Shown one piece after another: positions 26,352-36,164 of a DNA stretch of 64,000 nucleotides (position 1 is the stretch's first letter; the number at the start of each line of letters is the position of its first letter). This stretch comes from a virus (lineage: Duplodnaviria > Caudoviricetes). A model generated the notes under the pieces. It saw nothing but the letters and a program-made list of their open reading frames with translations. It ran no database searches and had not been told where the DNA came from. A program made the position numbers and the translations under genes. The DNA lies in IMG/VR virus record IMGVR_UViG_3300032237_001007, positions 47,021 to 111,020 of that record. One strand, 5' to 3'.

Positions 26352-29176
26352 CTATTAAGACAAAAGTAATCAAAAGATCTGGAACTCCAGAAAATCTTGA
26401 TTTAAACAAACTTCATGTAATGGTGGAAGAAGCATGTAAAGATCTTTCCGGTGTTTCCGCCTCTCAAGTAGAAATACAATCTGGTATTCAATTCTATGAT
26501 GGCATTACTACTGCAGAAATTCAAGAAATTCTCATTCGTAGTGCAAGTGATCTGATTGATTTAGATCATCCAAATTATCAGTATGTTGCTGCAAGACTTC
26601 TTCTTTTTTCTTTAAGAAAAAGTCTTTATGGAGGAATAAAAGATTTTCCTCATCTTGAACAACATATCATTAAATGTGTTGAAAAAACCGTTTATGATGA
26701 TCAAATCTTTGCGAAATATTCAAAGGAAGAACTTGATAAGGTAAATAGTTTTATTGATCATGATCGTGATATGCTCTTTACTTATGCTGGTCTTCGTCAG
26801 GTCGTTGATAAGTACTTAGTTCAGGACAGAAGTAGTGGAAAGGTATATGAAACTCCTCAGTTCATGTACATTATGATTGCTCTTACTATCTTTTCCGAAT
26901 ATCCAAAAGAAAATCGCCTAGATTACGTTAAAAGGTATTATGATGCAATCTCCAAGCACAAAATCAACATTCCTACTCCAATCATGGCAGGTGTTAGAAC
27001 CCCACTTCGCCAATTTGCAAGTTGCGTTCTTGTTGATGTTGATGACACCCTTGACAGTATCTTCAGCTCTGATATGGCTATTGGTAGGTATGTTGCTCAA
27101 AGAGCAGGAATTGGTATCAATACAGGTCGAATCCGTGGCATCAACAGTAAAATCAGAGGTGGAGAAGTTCAGCACACAGGTGTTATCCCTTTCCTCAAAA
27201 AGTTTGAAGCAACTGTCAGATGTTGCACTCAAAATGGCATCCGTGGTGGATCAGCAACAACACACTTCCCAATCTGGCACCAAGAAATAGAGGATATTCT
27301 TGTATTAAAAAATAATAAAGGAACCGAAGATAATCGGGTTCGTAAGTTAGACTACTCTATTCAAATCAGCAAGTTATTCTATGAAAGATTCATCAGTAAT
27401 CAAGAAATCACACTCTTCTCTCCACACGATGTTCCTGGTCTGTATGATGCTTTTGGCACTGATAGATTTGACGAGTTATATGTATCTTATGAACGAAATA
27501 CAACTATTCCAAGAAAAACTATCGGTGCTCAAGAACTCTTTTTGGAACTCCTAAAAGAACGTGCAGAAACTGGTCGTATTTACATTATGAATATTGATCA
27601 CTGTAATTCTCATAGTTCTTTTAAGGATCAGGTTACGATGAGCAATCTTTGTGTTGCTGGTAATACAAAGATTAGAATCAAGTATCCAGAATCTGTTGGA
27701 GACCAATATAGTGTTTGGTATTGGAATGTTGTTGAAGAAGAGATTGAAATTGAAGACTTGGATCAATATATTATTGATAGAGAATGTAGAATTAGTTATT
27801 ATGCAGCATATGAAGGAGACCCTTGTGTGGATGTTCCTCAAATAGAAGTTCTTTCTTATAATACAGAAACTAATCAACAAGAATGGGCACCTATTACAGC
27901 ATTTGCCGAAACATCACCAAAAGCAAAGGTAATGAAAATTACTGATGAAGAAACTGGTAAGATTATTGTTGTAACACCAGAACATAAAGTATTCACTAAA
28001 AATCGTGGATATGTGATGGCAAAGGACTTGGTTGAAACTGATGAGTTGGTGCTTGCATCTAACGAAAAAACTTCTACTCTTATACTTGAATACCTTGAAG
28101 AAGAAATTCCAGTTTATGATATTACAGTAGAAGGAACTCATAATTTCTTTGCAAATGATATTCTGGTTCATAATTGCCAAGAAATTACTTTGCCAACTGT
28201 TCCTCTTCAACATATTGACGATGATAATGAGGCGGCAATTGCAACCTGCATTCTTTCAGCAATTAATGTGGGTAAAGTTAAGTCTGATGAAGAACTTGAA
28301 GAACTTTGTAATCTTGCCGTTCGTTCATTAGACGAATTGATTGATTATCAGGATTATCCAGTTAAAGCAGCAGAAAACTTCACAAAACGTCGTCGTGCTC
28401 TTGGAGTAGGTTTTATTGGTCTTGCTCATTATCTTGCTAAACTTGGATTTAATTATGATTCTCAAGGTGCTTGGGATGCAGTTCACGGACTTTCAGAGTC
28501 GTTTCAGTATTATCTTCTAAAATCTTCAAATCAACTTGCGAAGGAAAAAGGACATTGTGAATATTTTAGTCGTACAAAGTATGCCGATGGTATTCTTCCA
28601 ATTGATACTTATAAAAAAGATGTAGATGAAATTTCTTCAATTTCATATCAACACGATTGGGAACATTTAAGACAAGATATTCTTCAATATGGATTAAGGC
28701 ATTCTACATTATCCGCTCAGATGCCATCAGAATCTTCTTCAGTTGTTTCTAATGCTACAAATGGCATAGAACCTCCTCGTGGATATTTGTCCATTAAGAA
28801 GTCCAAAAAGGGTCCTCTGAAACAAATTGTCCCACAATATAATACTCTAAAAAATAATTACACTCTTCTTTGGGATATGAAGAGCAATCGTGGATATATT
28901 AATATTGTTGCAGTTATGCAGAAGTTCTTTGATCAAGCAATTTCTGGAAACTGGTCTTATAATCCACAAAATTATGAAAATAATGAAGTTCCTGTTAGTG
29001 TAATGGCACACGATATGCTTTATTCTTATTCTGTTGGTTGGAAAACAAGTTATTATCAAAATACTTATGATATTAAAACTGATGAAGTAGTAGAAGAACC
29101 AAAACAAGACCTTCAATCACTTCTTCAAGAACTCTCTAATTCCGATGAAGAAAGTTGTGAAAGTTGTAAAATTTAA
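26348..29176 (+). CDS. nrdA: Class Ia ribonucleotide reductase large subunit, intein-containing
   Basis: ATP cone, PTPIMAG, QFASC, SNL[intein]CQEI, MPSESSS, C-terminal CESCKI. Confidence 0.97.
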   Translation: MTIKTKVIKRSGTPENLDLNKLHVMVEEACKDLSGVSASQVEIQSGIQFYDGITTAEIQEILIRSASDLIDLDHPNYQYVAARLLLFSLRKSLYGGIKDFPHLEQHIIKCVEKTVYDDQIFAKYSKEELDKVNSFIDHDRDMLFTYAGLRQVVDKYLVQDRSSGKVYETPQFMYIMIALTIFSEYPKENRLDYVKRYYDAISKHKINIPTPIMAGVRTPLRQFASCVLVDVDDTLDSIFSSDMAIGRYVAQRAGIGINTGRIRGINSKIRGGEVQHTGVIPFLKKFEATVRCCTQNGIRGGSATTHFPIWHQEIEDILVLKNNKGTEDNRVRKLDYSIQISKLFYERFISNQEITLFSPHDVPGLYDAFGTDRFDELYVSYERNTTIPRKTIGAQELFLELLKERAETGRIYIMNIDHCNSHSSFKDQVTMSNLCVAGNTKIRIKYPESVGDQYSVWYWNVVEEEIEIEDLDQYIIDRECRISYYAAYEGDPCVDVPQIEVLSYNTETNQQEWAPITAFAETSPKAKVMKITDEETGKIIVVTPEHKVFTKNRGYVMAKDLVETDELVLASNEKTSTLILEYLEEEIPVYDITVEGTHNFFANDILVHNCQEITLPTVPLQHIDDDNEAAIATCILSAINVGKVKSDEELEELCNLAVRSLDELIDYQDYPVKAAENFTKRRRALGVGFIGLAHYLAKLGFNYDSQGAWDAVHGLSESFQYYLLKSSNQLAKEKGHCEYFSRTKYADGILPIDTYKKDVDEISSISYQHDWEHLRQDILQYGLRHSTLSAQMPSESSSVVSNATNGIEPPRGYLSIKKSKKGPLKQIVPQYNTLKNNYTLLWDMKSNRGYINIVAVMQKFFDQAISGNWSYNPQNYENNEVPVSVMAHDMLYSYSVGWKTSYYQNTYDIKTDEVVEEPKQDLQSLLQELSNSDEESCESCKI
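27650..28174 (+). mobile_element. Mini-intein (175 aa, no endonuclease) in nrdA
   Basis: Starts CVAGNT, block B VTPEHKVF, block F VYDITVEGTHNFFAN, ends ILVHN followed by Cys. Confidence 0.95.
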
Positions 29177-29242
29177 AAAATATTCTAAAATAGAAGTTGA
29201 TTAAATATAGTAAGTGAGAGTTAGTTTAGTAGAAAAAAAATT

Positions 29243-30424
29243 ATGACATTCAGTTTCAAAACAAACAGAACGGAGAAAAACATGGTCGAATCAATGACCG
29301 TTTTTAATTCTGAAGAAGTTGATACAAAAAAATCTCCAATGTTTTTTGGACAACCTCTTGGAATTCAAAGGTATGATTCTTACAAGTATCCAATTTTTGA
29401 TAAACTTACAACTCAACAATTAGGATATTTTTGGAGACCAGAAGAAGTTTCTCTTCAAAAAGATAGAGGTGATTATCAAACTCTTCGTCCAGAACAAAAA
29501 CATATTTTTACAAGTAATTTGAAATATCAGGTTATGCTTGATTCTGTTCAAGGTCGTGGTCCTGGTATGGCATTTGCACCATATTGTTCTCTTCCTGAAT
29601 TGGAAGCGTGTATAAAAGTATGGGAATTTATGGAAATGATTCATTCTCGCTCATATACTTACATCATTAAAAATGTTTACTCAAATCCATCTGAAGTTTT
29701 TGATACGATTCTTAAAGATGATCGTATTATGGAACGTGCTGTGAGTGTTACTCAGGCATATAATGATTTTATTAATAGTGCTCATCACTATGGAACTTCT
29801 GAAATTTGGAAATACGCCCAAGAAAAAGTTCCACTCGCACAAGAGGAAAGATATGAACTCAAACGTAAATTGTTCAGAGCAATTGCAAACGTTAATATTC
29901 TTGAAGGTATTCGCTTTTATGTCAGTTTTGCTTGCAGTTTTGCATTTGGCGAACTCAAACTTATGGAAGGAAGTGCAAAGATCATTGGACTGATTGCACG
30001 AGATGAGAACCAGCATCTGGTTATCACTCAGAACATTCTGAATAAATGGAAGGAAGGTGATGATCCTGATATGAAGAAAATTTCACAAGAAGAAGAACAG
30101 TGGGTCTATAAAACTTTTGAAACTGCCGTTAATCAAGAAAAGCTTTGGGCAGAATATCTGTTCAAAAATGGTTCTATGATTGGTTTAAATGATAAACTTC
30201 TTTGTCAGTATGTTGAGTGGATTGCAAATCGTCGTATGAAAGCGATCGGTTTAAAACCAGTTTATGATATTGCTGCTAAAAATAATCCACTTCCTTGGAC
30301 TTCTCATTGGATAGAATCTAAAGGATTGCAAGTGGCACCACAAGAATCAGAGGCGGAAAGTTATTTGGTTGGTGGTATTAAACATGATATGTCTTCTACT
30401 GCTTTTGCTGGATTTAAACTTTGA
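29243..30424 (+). CDS. nrdB: Ribonucleotide reductase small subunit
   Basis: FWRPEE, LDSVQGR, EMIHSRSY, LEGIRFYVSF, RDENQH. Confidence 0.97.
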   Translation: MTFSFKTNRTEKNMVESMTVFNSEEVDTKKSPMFFGQPLGIQRYDSYKYPIFDKLTTQQLGYFWRPEEVSLQKDRGDYQTLRPEQKHIFTSNLKYQVMLDSVQGRGPGMAFAPYCSLPELEACIKVWEFMEMIHSRSYTYIIKNVYSNPSEVFDTILKDDRIMERAVSVTQAYNDFINSAHHYGTSEIWKYAQEKVPLAQEERYELKRKLFRAIANVNILEGIRFYVSFACSFAFGELKLMEGSAKIIGLIARDENQHLVITQNILNKWKEGDDPDMKKISQEEEQWVYKTFETAVNQEKLWAEYLFKNGSMIGLNDKLLCQYVEWIANRRMKAIGLKPVYDIAAKNNPLPWTSHWIESKGLQVAPQESEAESYLVGGIKHDMSSTAFAGFKL

Positions 30425-30427
30425 TAG

Positions 30428-30460
30428 AGAGGGTCTTCGGATCCTCTTTTTTTATAAATA
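30428..30460 (+). terminator. UUCG-loop terminator abutting late promoter TATAAATA (30453-30460)
   Basis: AGAGGGTC-ttcg-GATCCTCT-T run. Confidence 0.85.
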
Positions 30461-30485
30461 AAATATATAAAAAGATAATAAAAAA

Positions 30486-31982
30486 ATGTCTAGATTTACT
30501 GGTAGAGATGTAAAAACTTTAATGGAAGCATATACTTCAGTATATGAACCAAAACAAGAAATTTCCGAAGAAAAAATCTGGGAAGAAGTTGAAACCTGGG
30601 TAAATTCACTTATAGCAGAAGGTTATGACCTCAGTGAGTATACTTGGGAAGACATGTATGAGACTTATTTGACTGAAATTGGCGTTCCCCCTAGCCCTGT
30701 CCAACAAAAAGCAAATCAGCAGTTTGATCAAAGTTTAAATAAAGTTGGTAGATTAATTAGTGGACCGGGACCATATACTGGACCAAGAAGTGGTCCTCGT
30801 ATGGGTGGACCTTCTCCATCATCTTCTCCAGCACCAAATCCTACAGCACAATCTACTGGAATGTATGGTAGATATGCTCCACCATCAATGCAGCAAAAAA
30901 CTCCTACTCCTGCTACACAAAGACCTGCTGCCCCTGCTGCTGCTTCTAGACCCTCTGCTGGTGCCCCTGCTGCTGCTTCTAGACCCTCTGCTGGTGCCCC
31001 TACTGCTGCTTCTAGACCCTCTGCTGGTGCCCCTGCTGCTGCCCCTAGACCATCTGGTGGTGCCCCTGCTGCTGCCCCTAGACCATCTGGTGGTGCCCCT
31101 GCTGCTGCCCCTAGACCATCTGGTGGTCAATCTTCGGATATGAACGCAAATATGTCTGCTTGGAGGAAAGCAAATCCAACTCTTGCCGCTGCTGCTGATG
31201 AAAAGGCAAGAATTCGTGGAACTCAACAGACTGATAATCCTTTAATGAAGGATATGAAGTCTAATCTTCCTATGAATTCACCTTCGGTTCAGTCACCAGC
31301 GGTTGCTAAACTTGGTGCTGGCAATCAGTCATTAACTCAAAATCCAAATGCATTTAAAGCAGCAGCACCAAAACCTTCAACACCAACAGCAACTCCTAGT
31401 CTTGGTCAAAGAGCGTTTTCAACACCTTCCTTAGGTGCTTCACAATTCAAACCAACCACACCCTCTGCCGCCATTAACGCCGCTCCTAGCACCTCTCCTG
31501 CTGCCTCTGGAAGCGTTGTTCCGGCAACCAATAAGATTGCCGCGATGAAGCAGCAACCTCCTGTAGCACCTTCTGGTGGTGCCTCTGGTGGTGCTCCATT
31601 AAGATCCAACCCACTTTGGAATTCTTACCAGTATGAGGATGCTTATGATGTAGTTCTTGAGTATCTTCTTGATACTGGACATGCCGAAAGCATTGCAGAG
31701 GCACAATACATTATGACTGAAATGGATGAAGAAACGATTGCTGAAATTTATAAAGGTAGACACGGGCAGTCTGATACTGAATATATGGATTCTCGTTCTG
31801 ATGCCGCTAAACAAATTTCAGGCGATTCTAAGCATAGTGGTGCTTCTTATTCACATCGTTCTTTTAAAGGAGTAGGGAAACCTGCGCTACCCGGTGAGCG
31901 TCAACCGGATCAGGGTAGAATGACTAATGCTGATAGAAATGAACTCGCTATCCGTAAAGCAAATTTAAAGAAGAAAGGTTGA
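30486..31982 (+). CDS. Putative capsid-internal protein, Pro/Ala-rich with acidic modules
   Basis: LMEAYTSVYE start motif; WVNSLIAEGYDLSEYTWEDMYE; DAYDVVLEYLLDTGHAESIAEAQYIM module. Confidence 0.6.
   Translation: MSRFTGRDVKTLMEAYTSVYEPKQEISEEKIWEEVETWVNSLIAEGYDLSEYTWEDMYETYLTEIGVPPSPVQQKANQQFDQSLNKVGRLISGPGPYTGPRSGPRMGGPSPSSSPAPNPTAQSTGMYGRYAPPSMQQKTPTPATQRPAAPAAASRPSAGAPAAASRPSAGAPTAASRPSAGAPAAAPRPSGGAPAAAPRPSGGAPAAAPRPSGGQSSDMNANMSAWRKANPTLAAAADEKARIRGTQQTDNPLMKDMKSNLPMNSPSVQSPAVAKLGAGNQSLTQNPNAFKAAAPKPSTPTATPSLGQRAFSTPSLGASQFKPTTPSAAINAAPSTSPAASGSVVPATNKIAAMKQQPPVAPSGGASGGAPLRSNPLWNSYQYEDAYDVVLEYLLDTGHAESIAEAQYIMTEMDEETIAEIYKGRHGQSDTEYMDSRSDAAKQISGDSKHSGASYSHRSFKGVGKPALPGERQPDQGRMTNADRNELAIRKANLKKKG
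30921..31127 (+). repeat. 33-nt coding tandem repeat, about 6 copies (RPS[A/G]GAPAAA[S/P])
   Basis: Direct reading; the first copies use AGACCCTCTGCT, the later ones AGACCATCTGGT. Confidence 0.92.
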
Positions 31983-32003
31983 TAAGAATCTAACATAATA
32001 CTT

Positions 32004-32040
32004 AAGAGGGCTTGACAAGTCCTCTTTTTTTGTGTAGAAT
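32004..32040 (+). promoter_or_regulatory. Terminator hairpin carrying a sigma70 -35 box
   Basis: AAGAGGGCTT-gac-AAGTCCTCTT-T run; TTGACA 32012-32017, 17 nt, TAGAAT 32035-32040. Confidence 0.75.
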
Positions 32041-32094
32041 AGGTTTGTTCCGGTTGAAGATAAATAAGACTTAATAATACTTTAAGTTCTTAAG

Positions 32095-32532
32095 ATGAGT
32101 TATGATAATCCGTGGAGATATAGTGGAGAGATATTTGATAGTGATGATATCAAAGATTACTACGGATTTGTTTATTTAATAGAATGCTTAGAGAATGATA
32201 GAAAATATTTGGGAAGAAAGTATTTTTGGTCCTTTAGAACACCAAAAGGAAAAAAGAGAAAAGTAAAGAATGAAAGTGACTGGAAAAATTATTATGGATC
32301 ATGTCCTGAACTCAAAGAAGATATAAAGAAATTAGGAAAGAATAAGTTTCAAAGAACTATATTGTCTCTTCATAAGACATTAGGTAAAACTAACTATGAA
32401 GAAACTAGACTGTTATTTCTCAATAATGTTTTAACAGAAGCACTGGAAGATGGATGCCCAAAGTATTATAATTCACAAATTCTAAGTCGTTATTATAGAA
32501 AAGATTATTTTGATAAGGAGTTGCTAAACTGA
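32095..32532 (+). CDS. GIY-YIG-like nuclease-domain protein
   Basis: GFVY-x10-YLGRK, WKNYYGS, NYEE, YYN. Confidence 0.75.
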   Translation: MSYDNPWRYSGEIFDSDDIKDYYGFVYLIECLENDRKYLGRKYFWSFRTPKGKKRKVKNESDWKNYYGSCPELKEDIKKLGKNKFQRTILSLHKTLGKTNYEETRLLFLNNVLTEALEDGCPKYYNSQILSRYYRKDYFDKELLN

Positions 32533-32575
32533 TTGAGGTATGATAAACTGGTGGAAGCAATAAATAAATGTGGTT

Positions 32576-32752
32576 ATGAAAACTTTAGAAGAGGCTCTTC
32601 GCCAATCACATGATTGGGCAGTAGATAGAATTAATTACATGAGTAAAAGAAATATTGATGATGCTTATTCCATTCAACAAGAATTTAATGAATGGTTGAA
32701 TCCAAATATTCCAGAACATGATATATTTTCATTACAGTACATAGGAGATTAA
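32576..32752 (+). CDS. Hypothetical protein
   Basis: 58-aa ORF, HDWAVDRI...EFNEW. Confidence 0.65.
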   Translation: MKTLEEALRQSHDWAVDRINYMSKRNIDDAYSIQQEFNEWLNPNIPEHDIFSLQYIGD

Positions 32753-32753
32753 A

Positions 32754-33257
32754 ATGATTGGACCTAAAAAGAAACCACAAGATTTTGGATTTAAGAAAGG
32801 AGATTCGCATATTATTGTGAATGATGCTTCTCATACCGCAAAGGCATTTGACTTTGATGGAAAACTTCTGTGGGAAGTTCCTTGCTTACCAGAAGGACAA
32901 ATTAATGATTATCATTTTCCAGAAGGAAATACTCCTCCAGGTCTTTATAAGATTGGAGCAGTTTATAAGGATTATGAAAAAAACCCATATCCATCATATG
33001 ATAGAACTCTAATGGCATATGGTTGGTATAGTTTTGATCTTGTAGAGTTAGAAAATCAAGAAGCAGGAAATGGTCGTGCTGGAATTATGATGCACGGTGG
33101 GGGTAGTGCCTGTGGATGGCCGGGTGCTTGGCAACCAATTCAAGAACTTCATACTACACACGGTTGCGTAAGAATGCACAATCAACATCTTAAAGATCAT
33201 TTGCTTCCTTTAACACAAAAAGGAACTGTATATGTTTCTGTTTATCAGAAGGGTTGA
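32754..33257 (+). CDS. L,D-transpeptidase (YkuD) family protein
   Basis: TPPGLY, GIMMHGG...THGCVRMHN catalytic His/Cys motif; GGAG RBS. Confidence 0.85.
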   Translation: MIGPKKKPQDFGFKKGDSHIIVNDASHTAKAFDFDGKLLWEVPCLPEGQINDYHFPEGNTPPGLYKIGAVYKDYEKNPYPSYDRTLMAYGWYSFDLVELENQEAGNGRAGIMMHGGGSACGWPGAWQPIQELHTTHGCVRMHNQHLKDHLLPLTQKGTVYVSVYQKG

Positions 33258-33288
33258 TTTTATAAATAACTAAAAAGTATTTGTAGAA

Positions 33289-33687
33289 ATGAACTCACAA
33301 GACCTTTACAACCTTCAAGAAGCATATATGGATGTTTATCAAAAAAGGAGAGGACAAAGTGGTGGAGGATTGAGAGAATCTTATGATCTCTACGACATCA
33401 TTCTCTCACACTTACTTGATGAAGGATATGCCGAAACTCCAGAAGCAGCAGAAGCAATTATGGTGAGTATGAGTGAAGAGTGGAGAGATAGTATTGTTGA
33501 GGAAGTTCTTGATGAATCAAGAGGTGGTGCCGCCAGCCCTGGAACACCTGAAAGTTATCACGAACTTAGTCGTGGAGTTAAAAAACCGAAAGGTCAAAAA
33601 AGTTCTTATGATACACAAGGTAAACCGATTAGAACAAATCTAGCAAAGCAATTAGAAAAAAGAAAGCAACCACCATACAACGACTGA
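33289..33687 (+). CDS. Putative capsid-internal protein, minimal member of the modular family
   Basis: TATAAATA 33261-33268; LQEAYMDVY; DLYDIILSHLLDEGYA...MSEEWRDSIVEE. Confidence 0.65.
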   Translation: MNSQDLYNLQEAYMDVYQKRRGQSGGGLRESYDLYDIILSHLLDEGYAETPEAAEAIMVSMSEEWRDSIVEEVLDESRGGAASPGTPESYHELSRGVKKPKGQKSSYDTQGKPIRTNLAKQLEKRKQPPYND

Positions 33688-33724
33688 TCCACTTTCCATA
33701 CTGTCCAAAGATATGTAATTATAA

Positions 33725-34408
33725 ATGAAAATAGATCTTCACAATTTTTTTCAGTTTTACGATAAAAACAATCCAAATCACGTTAAGGCAGTTCAGTGGT
33801 TAGAGGATAATCTTCCTGCTCAATATCTTGATGATGCTTCTGAATGGGTAAAAACATTTAGAACAAAACCACAAAGTCCAACATTAGTAACTAAAACACA
33901 ACTTGCTTATATCTGGGGTTGTAAAGAAGGTCTAATTCAAGACTCTGAAGTTGCCGAAATGAATAAGGGATTGAGTCTTTTTCAAATTAATACAACTTCA
34001 AGACTTCGCCATTTTCTTTCTCAAATCTCACATGAATCTGGTGGTGGAAGATACAAAGAAGAACTTGCTTCTGGTTTGGATTATGAAGGAAGAAGTGATT
34101 TGGGAAATACTTCTCCCGGCGACGGCCAAAAATATAAGGGGGCGGGCTACATCCAGATGACTGGGAGAGCAAACTATCAGGCATTTGCAAATTATATTAA
34201 TGATCCCATGGTTATGAATGGTGTTTCTTATGTTGCTTCCAAGTATCCTGTCACGAGTGCCGGTTATTGGTGGTATAGTAATGCTATGAATGCTTTATGT
34301 GATAAGAACCCAACTGTTGAACAAGTTACGCTCAGAGTGAATGGTGGTTATAATGGTCTTGATTCAAGAAAAGAGTATTATAATAGATGCTGTGAAGTTA
34401 TTAAGTAA
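33725..34408 (+). CDS. Endolysin, glycoside hydrolase family 19
   Basis: [51 protein letters not shown]. Confidence 0.9.
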   Translation: MKIDLHNFFQFYDKNNPNHVKAVQWLEDNLPAQYLDDASEWVKTFRTKPQSPTLVTKTQLAYIWGCKEGLIQDSEVAEMNKGLSLFQINTTSRLRHFLSQISHESGGGRYKEELASGLDYEGRSDLGNTSPGDGQKYKGAGYIQMTGRANYQAFANYINDPMVMNGVSYVASKYPVTSAGYWWYSNAMNALCDKNPTVEQVTLRVNGGYNGLDSRKEYYNRCCEVIK

Positions 34409-34410
34409 AT

Positions 34411-35205
34411 ATGATAATTAAAAAAACATCTACGTCATTTTTTATTTTAAATCCATATCAACAAACACTATTCGTAGTTTGGGGAAATCTTGCTCTGTGG
34501 ATTATTTTTTCAATTTATATTCATCAGTGGTGGTTAATTCCACTTACTTATCTGGCACTTCAGGTATTTTGTGTCATTTCAGAATCTTCTACGCATAGAT
34601 ATTATTCTCATAAATCTTATAAAACCACTCCTTTTCGTGAAAAAATTCTTAGATTTTTTTCTTTATTATCTGGACAAGGAGCAATTCTAAGTTGGTCAAC
34701 TGTTCATAGAACACATCATTTATATGAAGACGGACCTGAAGATCCTCATTCTCCCCTACATATTCCTTGGTACTTAGTTTTTTTTGGATTATATTCAAAT
34801 AATTATAAGAAAAATCTTGTAACTGATCTTCTTAGATCCTCAGGAAAAGATTATTATATTTGGGAAAATAAGTATTATTGGTTACTTTGGATAGGTCTTT
34901 GGACAGGAACTTTTTTTATTAATTTTTGGATTTTTTACTTTTTAATTACTGGCGCGGCGTCGTGGTATTTGGCGATGTCTTCAATTAATGTTTTAAATCA
35001 TTTGGAAATAGTTGGAAAAAAAGATCATGAAAATACTGTTTCCACCAATAGTTTTATGATGCATATTTTGATGGGAAATGGGTATCATAATAATCATCAC
35101 AATTCTCCCAATAGTTATAATATTGGAGATGAAAAAAGATTTGATTTAGTTGCTTGGTTTATTTCAAATTTCTTTGATCGTTCTTTAAATCATTCTTCTT
35201 TTTAA
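34411..35205 (+). CDS. Membrane fatty-acid desaturase (delta-9/DesC-like)
   Basis: Three His boxes HRYYSH, HRTHH, HNNHH, plus DPHSP and TM segments. Confidence 0.9.
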   Translation: MIIKKTSTSFFILNPYQQTLFVVWGNLALWIIFSIYIHQWWLIPLTYLALQVFCVISESSTHRYYSHKSYKTTPFREKILRFFSLLSGQGAILSWSTVHRTHHLYEDGPEDPHSPLHIPWYLVFFGLYSNNYKKNLVTDLLRSSGKDYYIWENKYYWLLWIGLWTGTFFINFWIFYFLITGAASWYLAMSSINVLNHLEIVGKKDHENTVSTNSFMMHILMGNGYHNNHHNSPNSYNIGDEKRFDLVAWFISNFFDRSLNHSSF

Positions 35206-35217
35206 AAAAATAATTTT

Positions 35218-35709
35218 ATGAATAAATCTGAAATTCATATTGATATAGTATTTGGAAATATTACTCCAGAATTAAGAAAATCAATTATTCAAATGTGGGT
35301 TTCAAATAGTCTTCTTACTCAAGAGAAAGCAGAAAATAGAGTAAATGATGTGGTTGCCATCAGAATAAAAAATAATAAAATTATTTCTGTTTGTACAGTT
35401 AAAAAACGATATTTTTCTAATTATGGACTTTATTGGTTTTATTCAACTTCAACAATTAAAGAAGAACAAAAAAGAAAAATACCAAAAAATAATAATTTAA
35501 TGAATATTACAACTAAATATCTTTCAACTTTAAAAATTGCAAATAAACCAAAGGGTATGATTGCAATTTTAGAAAATAAAAAAATTAGTCCAAAAATGGT
35601 GAAATGGTTTGCTGGATGGAAGTATTTTGGTAAAGATCAATATGGATATGATATAATGTACTATAATTTTGATAACTCTTTTATTTTTAATTCATCAACA
35701 TATATTTAA
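35218..35709 (+). CDS. Hypothetical protein (possible GNAT-like fold)
   Basis: 163-aa ORF 12 nt after desaturase; fold guess is weak. Confidence 0.5.
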   Translation: MNKSEIHIDIVFGNITPELRKSIIQMWVSNSLLTQEKAENRVNDVVAIRIKNNKIISVCTVKKRYFSNYGLYWFYSTSTIKEEQKRKIPKNNNLMNITTKYLSTLKIANKPKGMIAILENKKISPKMVKWFAGWKYFGKDQYGYDIMYYNFDNSFIFNSSTYI

Positions 35710-35711
35710 AA

Positions 35712-36164
35712 TTAAATAATAACTCTTTTAACTCCTATTTTATTATCCTTTCTTGTAGTAATTAAAGGAACTATCTCAATTCCATGAACAGATAGTTCTT
35801 TTTTTCTTTCTCTAAAAACTCTCATTACACTTTCACTATAACCACCGGAAAGTAATACTATTTTTTTAACTGTAGGAAATACCTTGGGATCATAGAGATA
35901 ATTTCCGAGTGCCTTTCCAAGATGAAGTTCATCCAGATCTTCACCTTTATGAATTCCCGATTGACACTCATAAATTGAAATGATGTTTCCTTCTTCATCA
36001 AATTCTACACCATCAATTTCTCCAGCATCGGTATAATACTCTGCCTGAAGTTTTTCTAACTTCATACCTGATACTTCACATACCATAGAACAAAACATAG
36101 GAGACATGGTTGCTCCTCGTTCTTTAAGACCGTCAAATTGAGTTCCTTCAAATAGAACACCCAT
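35712..36164 (-). CDS. PD-(D/E)XK nuclease-like protein
   Basis: AEY...GEIDG...IYECQ...H.GKAL.NY pattern; TAAATA upstream on minus strand. Confidence 0.6.
   Translation of the reverse strand: MGVLFEGTQFDGLKERGATMSPMFCSMVCEVSGMKLEKLQAEYYTDAGEIDGVEFDEEGNIISIYECQSGIHKGEDLDELHLGKALGNYLYDPKVFPTVKKIVLLSGGYSESVMRVFRERKKELSVHGIEIVPLITTRKDNKIGVKRVII

Noticed and set aside
30921-31127. CRISPR-like array
   Set aside because: Contiguous in-frame coding repeats with no unique spacers; no cas genes in the window
32095-32532. 'NAD synthetase' label sometimes attached to this family
   Set aside because: No SGGxDS motif and far too short; motifs are GIY-YIG-like
2575-33500. Diversity-generating retroelement template/variable repeat pair for the duplicated module
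   Set aside because: Differences are mostly synonymous or conservative and not adenine-specific; no reverse transcriptase in the window
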